From Octopus sinensis (taxonomy: Eukaryota): DNA of 64,000 bases. Position 1 is the stretch's first letter. The number at the start of each line of letters is the position of its first letter. This document shows positions 49,831 through 61,899 of this stretch, piece by piece. The notes beneath the pieces were generated by a model that had not been told where the DNA came from, did no database searches, and saw only the letters and a list, made by a program, of their open reading frames with translations. The translations under genes and the position numbers were made by a program. The stretch lies in the NCBI RefSeq assembly GCF_006345805.1, contig NC_043000.1, forward strand, positions 89,466,001 through 89,530,000, read 5' to 3'.

Positions 49831-51374
49831 TATTTGTTGTTGCTGTTGTAGCTGCTTTCGCCGTCATTGTAATTATTATTTAATTATTGTGACCCTCAGA
49901 ATAGTAAGAATGGTTATGATGTTAGTCGCCTTAGTGGTTTTGATTTTTGAAGTAGCCGTGTCAGTTATTGGCTGTTAGCTGATGTGTGTGTTTGTGAGTT
50001 TATAGAAATGGTAGTGTGTGTACAGAAGGGGTGTGCGTAAATGGAAATTTTCAACAAGATCTATTAATGATCTTATCAGCACTATTCCTCATATCGTGTA
50101 TTATTATCTATGACGTTCAAACCGTCTGTTTTGTACTCAGTTCGACAAGCTAGTGGACATCTCAGTTCGACAAAAATCTGCAAAAACACTTTAAACATAT
50201 GAACATACAAACATACAGGGTGGACGTCAAAGTTCGTCCAAATATGACCTTTTCTTAGACATCGATGGCGCTTAAAGTTCATTTACAATGAAGGACGCAG
50301 CTGCAAGAGCGACAGAAAAAACACACTACCATGTGCCGTCGTGAACGAGAGAACTACCGACATGGTAGATTTTCCTTAGTGCATACATATGTAATAACCG
50401 ACAACCGCAACAACAATAACCTCTTTTGATAGTTGTTCGGAGAAGATCCTGTGCGTAAAATTAAATATGAAAGAAACGTGCACAGATCTGTATCTATGTT
50501 TCGTATAAAGCAGCTTTCTTCTTCTCGGCTGCCTGACATTGACTGAAATGAGGAGAGACTGAATGACCCTATCGTTTGGCATGAGAGAATCCTTCTCCTA
50601 GACAAATGTTAAGTGTTTTTACAATACACTCATTCACCACCTCGTGTATTTCCATAATGTGTTACAAGATAAACGATGATCTTTCACTGGATTCATCTGT
50701 CCTTTTGACTGGTCTTGTTTTTGTGTCCAAATGGGTTTCTTCCAACCCCCTTTTAACCAGGCTAGCTTAGTGAGTGTTGCGGGTTGAGTTACCGACGATG
50801 TTGAACCCAGTTACACGTTACCAGTAATATTTAGAGCAACCTAACTATAAACATATCAATGTACAACCTGTACATACGTCACTTTCAACAATATGTAGTT
50901 CAATTCTTCTACTAATAGAGTTGTCTTCTCTTTGAATTATAGGGCTCGGCACATGTCGTTAATTTTATTATCTTGCTGACTTAGCAGGACGCTTTTAAAA
51001 CTAAGCAGGCTCTTAAAACTACAGGTTGGCGTATCGAAGAATCTTCTAAAGTGTCAGTTTACTCATTTGTATCCAAGTGGTTTGGATAGGATTGAGTCTA
51101 CTTGGTTGCGCCCATGTATACATACATGCACACATAAATAGAGGCATACATACATACATACATACATACATACATACATACATACATACATACATACATA
51201 CATACATACATACACACACACATACATACACGCATGCATGCATACATGTCATAACTGGAACTGAAAAATCTGTAAAATTTGCCTTAGATCTAGGTTAGAA
51301 ACCGGCTCTTTCTCTATTGGCAAGAAAGCTTGAAATAAAACTGTATAATGACATACATATCATCAAAGCAGTTT

Positions 51375-51510
51375 ATCATGGACGAATAGCCGGATTACTA
51401 CCTCCCACTTTGAAGGGTATGCGTTTGCAATCCAGAAACAGGAAATATCAACCAAGTACCTGATGCGCAAAAAGGATAGAGATGCAGGAAAAGCCGTAAA
51501 ATATGACAAC
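51375..51510 (+). mobile_element. Fragment of another RLE-type non-LTR family (E)
   Basis: ITTSHFEGYAFAIQKQEISTKYL, the motif upstream of the zinc knuckle. Homologous to about 54000. Confidence 0.55.
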
Positions 51511-51582
51511 TAATGCAAACTTTGTGGAGTTCACACTGAATGTATCACGCACATCATAAGCTCATCAAGACATATACATATA

Positions 51583-52480
51583 CATATTAGGCGTACATTG
51601 AGTATATATTTAACAGAAAACCATAATAATATTATAACATTTATTGACATAATAAATTATTTAACCACATGAGCGCCGAGAAAGTAACGATCCGATTGTG
51701 GGACGTCTAAGACTGTGATAGCTAGGGACGTAAGGAATATTGGCCGCAAGTTACGTGGGAAACCTGGACAAACAAACAAAGCCATTTTCACCGCCTCCGA
51801 ACTTCCTCCTGAAAACCACCAGAAATCGCATCCTCGGGACCTCAGCTTCCATGCGGAAACCCCTAAAACTGACTCCTCACGGGAGTTTGAAGTTTCAATC
51901 AGCCCAAAATTACATGACGTAAGACATGGGTTGTGTTTTGTTCACTGACGAAACCAGAACAACCCTTGACGAAATTGACGGTTGGGCAAACGGTTGGGTC
52001 TATTTTGGAGATACATGTCACCAACGTTTACGACGTCAACAACAGGGTGGATGAGTCATGTTGTGAGCTAGTATAATTGGAGACAGATTTGTTCGCCCAG
52101 TCAGGGTGCCTGTAGAGGTTGAAGTGACCGCAACCGCCTACTGCAATCTCCTGAAGAAGGTCTTGGATCCTTGGCTAGATGATATACTGCTGTCACTTCC
52201 AAGGAATCTCGAATTAATGCATCATAACCCTCCCTCCCACTCTGCTAGGACCACCTATTTACGTCGAAAGATGTCTTATGGGTGACCATCAAAGCTGCAG
52301 CAGAAGCAGTTCAAACTGCAACTATTAAGAAATTGAAAGATTCCATGACTATTAGGGTTTTTGAAGTTATCCGTCGAAATGGCGCTCATGTGATTAAATA
52401 ATTCAATGTCAATACATATGTCAATAAATGTTATAATATGTTTTTTCTGTTAAATATATACTCAATGTGTGCTTAATATG
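51583..52480 (+). mobile_element. Deleted Tc1-like transposon with about 100-bp TIRs
   Basis: CATATTAGGCGTACATTGAGTATATATTTAACAGAAAA... is inverted at 52380-52480, with TA on both sides. FTDETRTTLD..DGWANGW and MHHNPPSHSART remnants. Confidence 0.85.
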
Positions 52481-52721
52481 TATCGTTAACTTCCGTTTTC
52501 TGAAAAAAAATGGCTATTTTCATTCAAAGGTTATTAGCGTGGTTCACCCAAAAACTGAAGAATCTGAAATAAGAAAAGTGACGTTGCGTGGAATAATGAA
52601 AACATAACAATAGTGTTACCATAGTGTGCAAACCAGTTGGGGAAATTTTATCAAAATCGATTCACAGAAAACCTAAAAATCCAAGATTTCACTCCTAAAC
52701 TATTAGCGTGGTTCTGGGTGT

Positions 52722-52753
<32 letters not shown>

Positions 52754-52853
52754 CCATACATACATACATGCATACATACATACATACATACTACATACAT
52801 ACATACATACATACACACACACCCATACATACATGCATGTATGCATACACACA

Positions 52854-52887
<34 letters not shown>

Positions 52888-53259
52888 CATACATACATAC
52901 ATAGGTAATGTTCATGTTCAATGACTTAACATGGAAAAAAGTGTTTCTCAAATACCAAAACTTTGCAACGATGGTCTGTCTGCCTCTCATGTTACACAAA
53001 ACGCTAGCTACAAATAGCTAGATATTGATGAAATTATATCGTATGAAGGTGCTGTGAACAAAGATGAAATAACAAAAAAAAAAGAAATATTATAACCAAA
53101 TAAAAAAGATTTGGCTGTCAGGGTTTTCTCCTTTAAAGGCTATACACCAAATTGTATTTGCAGTACCGGTACTGTATTAACATTTAGCATATCAACTGGT
53201 CATATGAGGAAACGTGCAAGATACTAACATTAACTGCAATCTTCCAAGGACGTTGAAAT

Positions 53260-53968
53260 TTTGGGTTCAAATTCTGACATTAAGCTTGTTATTTCGGGAG
53301 CGGGTAGGTCGAGTCCATCGACTACGGTGGAATTTGAACTGAGGACAAAAAGACGGGTGAAATACCTAGTTCTTTTCTACCCACAAGGAGCTAAACACAG
53401 AGAGGACAAACAAAGACAGACAAACGGATTAAGTCGATTATATCGACCTCAGTGCGTAACTGGTACTGATTTAATCGACACCGAAATGATGAAAGGCAAA
53501 GTCGACCTCGGCGGAATTTGAACGCAGAACGTAGCGGCAGACAAAATACCTATTTTTTAATTACCCACAAGGGGCTAAACACAGAAGGGACAAACAAGGA
53601 TGGACAAACGGATTAAGTCGATTATATTGACCCCAGTGCGTAACTGGTACTTATTTAATCGACCCCGAAATGATGAAAGGCAAAGTTGACCTCGGCGGAA
53701 TTTGAACTCAGAACGTAGCGGCAGATAAAATACCTATTTCTTTATTACCCACAAGGGCTAAACACAGAAGGGACAAACAAAGATAGACAATCGGATTAAG
53801 TCGATTATATCGACCCCAGTGCGTAATTGGTACCAATTTAATCAACCCCGAAAGGATGAAAGGCAAAGTCGACCTCGGCGGAATTTGAACTCAGAACGTA
53901 GCGACAGACGAAATACCGCTAAGCATTTCGCCGGGAGTGCTAACGATTCTAAAAGCTTGTCGCCCTAG
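53260..53968 (-). mobile_element. Head-to-tail array of three group-1 SINE units (tail a) within an older SINE
   Basis: Units of 184 bp with matching junctions AAATACC|TA(T/G)TT at 53366, 53550 and 53734. Confidence 0.9.
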
Positions 53969-53974
53969 GTGGAT

Positions 53975-54460
53975 AGTAATATTCACATCATGTGTAGCCT
54001 CTCTTGGAGAGACTACACATTTCGAAGAGCGTGCTATTTCTATTCAAGAAAAGGAGATATCTCCGAAAGTTCTGATCAACACATGGGACGATGAAGCTCT
54101 TAAACTCCCAATATACAACCGCAAATTTCGATTATGTTAGTCTTCAGTGGAAGATATATAACATATGTAATTAGCAGCGGCCACCAAATTTCATTCAGAT
54201 ACTACCTCCCACTGAGACATTATGTTCATGCTAAAACAATATCCACTACGTCCGTAGGAAAGACTACTCCGTGATAAATACAAACAACATCTCTCCTACG
54301 GAATACAGCAGAAGTAATAATGGTGGAACATTCCCATGAACATTTCTACCAAGTGCAAGCATAATAGATTACACGTATCTATTTGTGATAGAAAAGAAAA
54401 CTCATGTACAACCATAGAGGTTAGCTGCCCTGTACATGTGACATAATCCTTCCTGCTCTT
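53975..54460 (+). mobile_element. Decayed RLE-type non-LTR element (family E)
   Basis: TTHFEERAISIQEKEI, a CRLC-like knuckle (FRLC*SSVEDI..RYYLPLRH), and KCKHNRLHVSICDRKENSCTTIEVSCP (RPD..IEV-type RLE motif). Confidence 0.6.
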
Positions 54461-55020
54461 CCCAAACAAGCTAGAATGAATACGTCTATGGACAACTGCT
54501 TTAAAATCTGTACCTCTTCCACCTTATAAATTTATATCCATAGCAATACTCAATTATGTTTGTAAATTTCTAAGCCACAATCTATAAAGGCTAGAATTTT
54601 AAATTTAAGAATGAGACCGGCTTACAGGAAATTTACAGATACAATTTGTAAGTGGAACAGTTAAAATGTGCAACCCTTTCCTAAATTTCGATTTGCAACA
54701 ATCATTGCTGTTGTGCTGAGGCTTTATTTTCTCTGTTAGAAACCAGCTTCCACTTTCTAGGAAAAATTCTAATAATTAAAAAACTGAAGTAATACAAACA
54801 CACGCACACACACACATATACATATATGTGTGTGTGTGCATGTGTGCATGTGTGTGCATGTGTGTGTGTGTGCATGTGTGTGTGTGTATGTATATGTATA
54901 TATATATATATATAAATTTAAAATGAGGGTGAGAAATTGGATATTAATTGAATTAAATCTACATCAATTTAACACCAGTTGTCTAGCATATAAAATCTGA
55001 AAGTTCAGTAAAGTGTATTA

Positions 55021-55226
55021 TATACAAATGAGAGAGATGACCACTATGCGGACAGCCCTTATGCTAGAAGCAGATCCGCTGTGGTCTTACCACTAAGAAA
55101 TATTCTCAAGAAAAATTTAGCAGCTAAATTTGCTAAATTTTTCTTGAGAACATTTCTTAGTGGTAAGACCATAGCGGATCTACTTTTAGCATAAAGGTTG
55201 TCCGCATAGTGGTCATCCCTCTCATT

Positions 55227-55232
<6 letters not shown>
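55021..55232. repeat. 212-bp near-perfect palindrome (102-bp arms, 8-nt spacer)
   Basis: 95/102 identity between arms by manual alignment. Begins and ends in TATA and abuts (TA)n. Confidence 0.95.
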
Positions 55233-55267
<35 letters not shown>

Positions 55268-57880
55268 CTTTGGGGAATTACTATATATATATATACAAAG
55301 CAATGAATAGTTGTATTCAAAGCAATAATTAGTAACTTACGAAAGCGGTGTGCTTGACGGGTCAATACTCAGAAACTCGAGTCCGTGTGTATCATAAGTT
55401 GAAGACGGGAAGGATGGCTTCCCTTTGCAAATACTGATAGGGCACAGAAAGTGTGTCTATAGCCAGCTGGAGGAGGTGTCCTCCTGGGGCTACAAACTAC
55501 AGTAGCATCCACCCTTAGGGGTTAGCCATATTTAAATGGCAAATATACGTCACGACTTTTATTTCTTTTATTCCTATCTCAGTTCATCTAATTGTATATA
55601 TCTTTCATTACTTTGCATAAAAAAACCTTTACTTTTTTTATTTACAATGTGCATTTTCGTCTATTTTTCTTACTTTCCCTTTACATTACCACGTGTAGTT
55701 TCTAATTTCTTTTTGTATCATACAAGCATACGAATATACATACCCCCAAACCAAGAAGCGATCTTCAACGCGGTGGCTGGATCTGCTAGAAATAACAATT
55801 AAATATGCCCTAGTTCAAATGTTATCGTCTTAAAATAGGAAAATACAGTTTAAAGAATAAATGATTTCTTACACAGGCATAAGAACAGAAATCTGAAGTG
55901 GAATTATATCGACCTCAGTACTTAACCAGTACTATATTTTAGTAAATTCTGGAAGGATGAAAGGCAAAGTTGACTTCAGGGGGATATCAATTCAAGACAT
56001 GAAGACACAGAACAAGTAACACAAGTTAATTTCATAGGACCATTTAAATAATAAAATTACACACACACACAAACACACATACACATATATATGTAAGTAT
56101 ACATAAATATATGTATATATATATATGCATGTATACATAAATATATATATATTTGTGTGCATGTGTACATAAATAAGTACATATATATATGTGTGCATAT
56201 ATGCACACACACATTATGTGGGTGTGTGTGTGTGTGCGTATAAAGTACAAAAGTACAGTTGTGATGTCACTGATCATAGGCATAACACACAGTTCAGAAT
56301 TGTCAGAGATGATAGCGTGATAAACAACAACATCAGCAATATTAGTAACAAGAAAAAAAAAACAATGACACAGCAATAATACTGTACATAGATATAACCG
56401 TAACAATATCAATGATCATAGATATGATAAATCAGGCTTGACTGGTGGGTGATGCTTAAACAACTTCAATGACAGCAAAAACAGCATAAACGTAAGCAAC
56501 GACGTACATTGATATACAAACGTATAAGACTCAAGAGCCTTGAAGTAAAACAACCGATTTCTGAAGTAGCGTTTTAAGTATTTCAAGATAAGTGTCATCT
56601 GTTGAAACATGCCTTTCCTTATTTCTTTGATTTCATTTGTTTGTGTTCAAGTGTTCAAGGCTGGAACAATATCTATATGTCTATCAGTACGGTTGTACTC
56701 GCTCGAGGACAAATTACTGATTTACTGATATAGAGATATACACATACATGCATATATCCATATATATGTATATTACCTGTAAATACCAAAGCGAGGCAGG
56801 TGCATAGCATTCTGGACAGGTATGTTAGGCTCACAGCCATGTCATAATTTCGTGGGTTCGATTCCTGCGCTGGGTAGCAAAGCACAACATTTCAAATTTT
56901 TCCAGAGTGCTCAGCTAAAGATGCGTACCAACCGATTACTGATTCAACCATGTCTCTTTCTTTTTCTTTGATATTCCATTAGGTTGGAAATGAAAAGGAC
57001 TGAGAGGGTTTATGGCTGCTCGCGACTACACAGGCCCCTAAAACAGTTAGCAAAAATATCGTAGAAGCTAATAGATCATATTCACTTGCGCGTTACGGTT
57101 GAGTAGAATCTGAGATGAATTGACAAACAAGGCCACATCTTACCTAAACATCAAATTTCATCCTCTTTTTCAGGATACTTACATAATACAAGTATTCGTA
57201 GTCATGTGGTTAGACAGTTTGATTCGTAGTCACATGTGTCCGAATTCGAACCAGACTGTAACATGACGAGTTCGCGCCTTCTACCATCTCCAATATCTTT
57301 TGATTTAAAACAAATCTTGTAATGTGAAATTTCGAAGAAAACTATGCAAAAATATGTACTCGTCCTTGATCCCTAGACCTAATTGGTCTTCTGGCCCATA
57401 AGAGCCCCTTGCTGAGTCTTTTTTACTTTTTCTTTTTTTTTTTTTGCTTTTCTTTTTTGCAAAAATTGCGATCTGAACCCTGGTCAAAAAATGTGTAATG
57501 ATTTCTTACTCAATTTTCAATTCCAGCGTAAAGATCCTGTAAAGTCGTGAACACTTTCTTTCTCAGAAAAATACACGCATATACAATAAGAGCAAACTGT
57601 ACTTTCAGTTTGTCGATTCAACGCTCATTGTAAACTCCAAAATTCGATTTGCAAACATAATCCTTCAGAATCTTGATTTGTTTAATGTCCAATATTGCAG
57701 TCTGAAGTTACGTTGACCCGGTGGGAACTTAGATTTTTTCATTTATTAATTAATTAATTTAGTTATATATCTATCAATTTATTAATATATTGAGCATAAC
57801 AGAAAAATAGTCATTGCAACACCGCTAGTTTATTCATGCAGTATTCAACCAATTACACTTTAAATTTATCATCAGGACAT

Positions 57881-58917
57881 TGTGTGTGTGTGTGTCTATG
57901 TTTGTCTATGTGTCTGTGTATGTATACACATACATGTAGATATAAAAATAAAATGTATTATTTAATGTTACTACGTAGAGTAAATACGTGATTATATAAA
58001 TGATGATGCTTTTACTCTCTCTCTCTTTCCCTCTCCCTCCGTCTCTTTCATCCTCTCTCTCTTTCTCTCTCTCTCCCTCTTCCTCTCTCGCTCCCGCTCT
58101 CTCTCCCTCTCTCTCTCTTTCTCCCTTTTGAAACAGCTGTAGGGAACAGTTATATTATGAATCACTTGTGGAGTTTGGGCATTTCTGTATTCTTCTATTC
58201 TAAAGACACGCATGATTTTTACTATTCTAATGGGGATATTTAAAAGGTAAATTTCATGATACAAATAAAATGCTACACACACATACGTATGTGTTTGTGT
58301 GTGTGATTGCGTGCGTGCGTGTGAGTGTGTGTGTGTGTGCGTGTGCGTGCGTGCGCGCGCGAGCGTGTGTGTAAGTGTTTGTGTGTGTGTGTGTGTGTGT
58401 GGTGTCTATGTTTGTCTATGTGTCTGTGTATGTATACACATACATGTAGATATAAAAATAAAATGTATTATTTAATGTTACTACGTAGAGTAAATACGTG
58501 ATTATATAAATGATGATGCTTTTACTCTCTCTCTCTTTCCCTCTCCCTCCGTCTCTTTCATCCTCTCTCTCTTCCTCTCTCTCTCTCTCCCTCTTCCTCT
58601 CTCGCTCCCGCTCTCTCTCCCTCTCTCTCTCTTTCTCCCTTTTGAAACAGCTGTAGGGAACAGTTATATTATGAATCACTTGTGGAGTTTGGGCATTTCT
58701 GTATTCTTCTATTCTAAAGACACGCATGATTTTTACTATTCTAATGGGGATATTTAAAAGGTAAATTTCATGATACAAATAAAATGCTACACACACATAC
58801 GTATGTGTTTGTGTGTGTGATTGCGTGCGTGCGTGTGAGTGTGTGTGTGTGTGCGTGTGCGTGCGTGCGCGCGCGAGCGTGTGTGTAAGTGTTTGTGTGT
58901 GTGTGTGTGTGTGTGTG
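57881..58917 (+). repeat. Tandem duplication of a 510-bp unit bounded by (TG)n
   Basis: GTCTATGTTTG at 57894 and 58404; the units differ only in simple-repeat tracts. Confidence 0.92.
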
Positions 58918-60473
58918 AATAAACAGAATTTCTCAACTATGTTTGTCACTACCTGAAAACTGTTCGTAGAGAGAGCTTTTTTAAAAGAAAACATTTATAT
59001 CGACTAAGGGCAAAATTTTGAGCATAGAAAACAGAAGAAAAGCAGAGTAAGAAAAACATTAAAAAAGGACGAATTTGTATGATGTTATTCAGAAAAAGAG
59101 CATTAATTTGGCGGATGAAACAAAGGAAGAAATGGAGGTGTCTTATTAGATTGGGGTGAGAGTTAATCAATCCTAGAGCGATAAATGGCATTAACCAATG
59201 TTTACGCCAAATATTCCTTGTTTGTAATGGTACTAATAATTTGACATTTGTATATGAAATTGAATTTGTAGCCAGAATTAAATATTTTTTAATGAATATA
59301 TCAAAAAAGGTACGTTCAACATTAATATTCTTTTTCCTAATTCCGATTAATGTTCTGAAGATACATCTATTTTCCATGTGTTAACAGCGATCTCTAGAGA
59401 GAACCAGACGATTTTTGAATACTTATTTAAATCAAAAGACATGAAATATATACTAGCTACCTCTTATTATGAGATTCATTGAATTAATGAGGCAAGGAAT
59501 CAATGGTCTGAAAAAAATAATTACAAATATTAGCCGTGTCCAAATGTTTCATAAACGTAAGGCAATACAGTTTACTGGTGAGAGATAATAAACAGATATT
59601 TTTGGAAAGTTTTGGTAGTGACATAATTACACATCCGTGAAATTAATTTTGGTTATCGATGACTTTTGATTATCGATAACATTGTACAGTCCCTACACAG
59701 TGTTCATAATAAGTAATATGAAAGTTGCTAGTAGTGATGGAAAATTTGGTAAGGCACGAACAACTTTTAAATCACATTAGCAAAAATATGATCCAATGGT
59801 AATAGGCATTGGTCTGTACACGACTGCTACGCGAAATATAACTCATATTAAAAGAATTTATAAAGAGCTAGAGGTGGTGATATATTTGGCAATTAGAAAG
59901 CCTAACCAACCGTTGCCAGTCTAGTAGGTCAACATTCTGGAAGGTCTTAGTCTTTAATTAGTTGTTGGTAGAACTCAATATTAAGTAAATTGCATGTGAA
60001 TGTGAGAATGACCACAATAAATTGTTTCCATGTGTTTTACTACTTGGGACATTAACATTCACATATGCACAACAATGATCTAAATTTGACAGCATACATT
60101 AGCTAGGGAGTGTGATAGTTACAAGTTTTCATTGCATAAAATATTTTAGTTATAAGTGTAATACTATTATAGTTTTTGAATTCTAAAAACAGAATAAAGA
60201 GATAGCGACGGTAACGACGGCGGCAGGACGATGATGACATCGACGGTGGCAATAGCAACGGTGATGATGAACGGGATGATGATGATGATTATGAGTACAT
60301 TAATGATGACGACGATGATATCTAATTAATTTTCTCTCCTTAATGTGTTCTCTTAGATTATATTTATATATACTGTAAATCCACTCTAACTCTCACTCAA
60401 AACTATTCTCATTCTGTTAAACGTTATATACCTAACAGTGTATACATCGTGCCGTCTTTCAATATATACATTC

Positions 60474-60537
<64 letters not shown>

Positions 60538-60876
60538 GTATATATATATACATATATATAGGAGTTTTAAAAGTAACATACGAGTTGATATATATGGAAA
60601 AAAGTCAAGATAGAAAATGCTAAAATAATTTTATAAAAAGCATTTCAGTACCGGTTTCACCCTTATTATTTTAAATTCAAAATTAAATAACTATAGTCTA
60701 TAATCAGCAAAATTCACTGCAGGGAATTATTTTCTGCAGAATTATTTCCGGTATTTTGGCGCGCCAAAACGAAGACTTTTGAAAGATAACCCCAAATGTA
60801 ATTGGTAAAACTGTATACATGTTCAATCTCATGCGGACGTCTCGTGTATAGTCCTGCAAATTATATTTTGCTATGA

Positions 60877-60952
60877 TGATCACACTGATGAGTTGCGGAC
60901 AGTTACGTAAGTAATTACGTAAGTGGTAACAACGAAACCGGATTTGTGATTA
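60877..60952 (+). ncRNA. Near-intact minimal type I hammerhead with extended stem II
   Basis: TGATCACA-CTGATGA-GTTG...CAAC-GAAA-CCGG-ATT-TGTGATTA: 8-bp stem I and canonical core, with one extra A in stem III. Confidence 0.55.
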
Positions 60953-61084
60953 ATCTTTATATTTTGTATCTTTTCATTTGTCTTGTTCGCTTACGTTCTA
61001 GCGTTTGCTAAATTTTATTGATAACAATCCTTTCTTAGTGGTAAGGGGTTTACTTCTAGCATAATGGATGTCCACTTATATCTT

Positions 61085-61252
61085 ATATATATATGTATAT
61101 ATACACACGACGGGCTTATTTCAGTTTCCGTCTGCTGAATCCACTCACAAGGTTTTGGTCGGCCCCATGCTATAGTAGAAGGCACTTGCCAAGATTCCAC
61201 GCAGTAGACCTGAACCCGGAACCATGTGATTGGAAAGCAAGCCTGCGCCTAT
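61085..61252 (-). mobile_element. Group-2 SINE head
   Basis: CGACGGGCTTATTTCAGTTTCCGTC..CTGAACCCGGAACCATGTG..GCGCCT. Confidence 0.8.
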
Positions 61253-61899
61253 ATCCAATATTTAAAAGTTGCTTAATGCAGTGTCGAAGTTATAAGCATT
61301 ATATGGATGCAAATTTATGTTGTCTTCCTATTGATAAAGGAGCGGGGTGAAATATTTCAATAACATTTGGAGAATTGTTGGCGGGGACATTCATAGGTTT
61401 GAGAGTCACTGGTAAAATTGGAATGTATATACTAACCAAAAATCTGTAATTTCCAAACTGATGCACCAGAAGTATTGTTCTCTTTAAGTTGTCAGCGTGT
61501 TCGCACGCACATGACTAACAACCAGTAAACAAAAGATATTAATGTCTGTGCAAACGTTGGTTGCCTAAAATTAAGGAGCAATTAGTAATTATACTTATTA
61601 TAGGTTCAGGCTGCACGTACTTTTGACACTAGTAAAGCCTAGTCCAACACAAGATTAGTTGGACACGTTGGCTACTAAGAATTGGAGATTGAGTTCCTTC
61701 TTGTTTAATTAACTTGTAGCAATATCACCTTACCACACTTACTCACAAGACCCAGTTCAAATCACAGTTACAACCTCCTATCGTTCTGTAGTCACAGCTT
61801 CTCAAATACACAGACACCTAGTTTGACTAATGTACACTGTCAAATTTTCGTAAATATGTAAATATTTGGAGATTCAGAGATAAAGGACTGACCACCTTC

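Noticed and set aside
55345-55390. Functional hammerhead at GAAACTCGAGTC
   Set aside because: The CUGANGA core and stem I are not intact. Kept only as a relic.
56790-57260. tRNA-like A/B-box sequences, and all SINE heads
   Set aside because: No complete cloverleaf. They are degenerate SINE heads.
58949-59900. ORF 58949-59377 and adjacent coding-like sequence
   Set aside because: No recognisable motif on either strand. It could be an old transposon but this cannot be supported.
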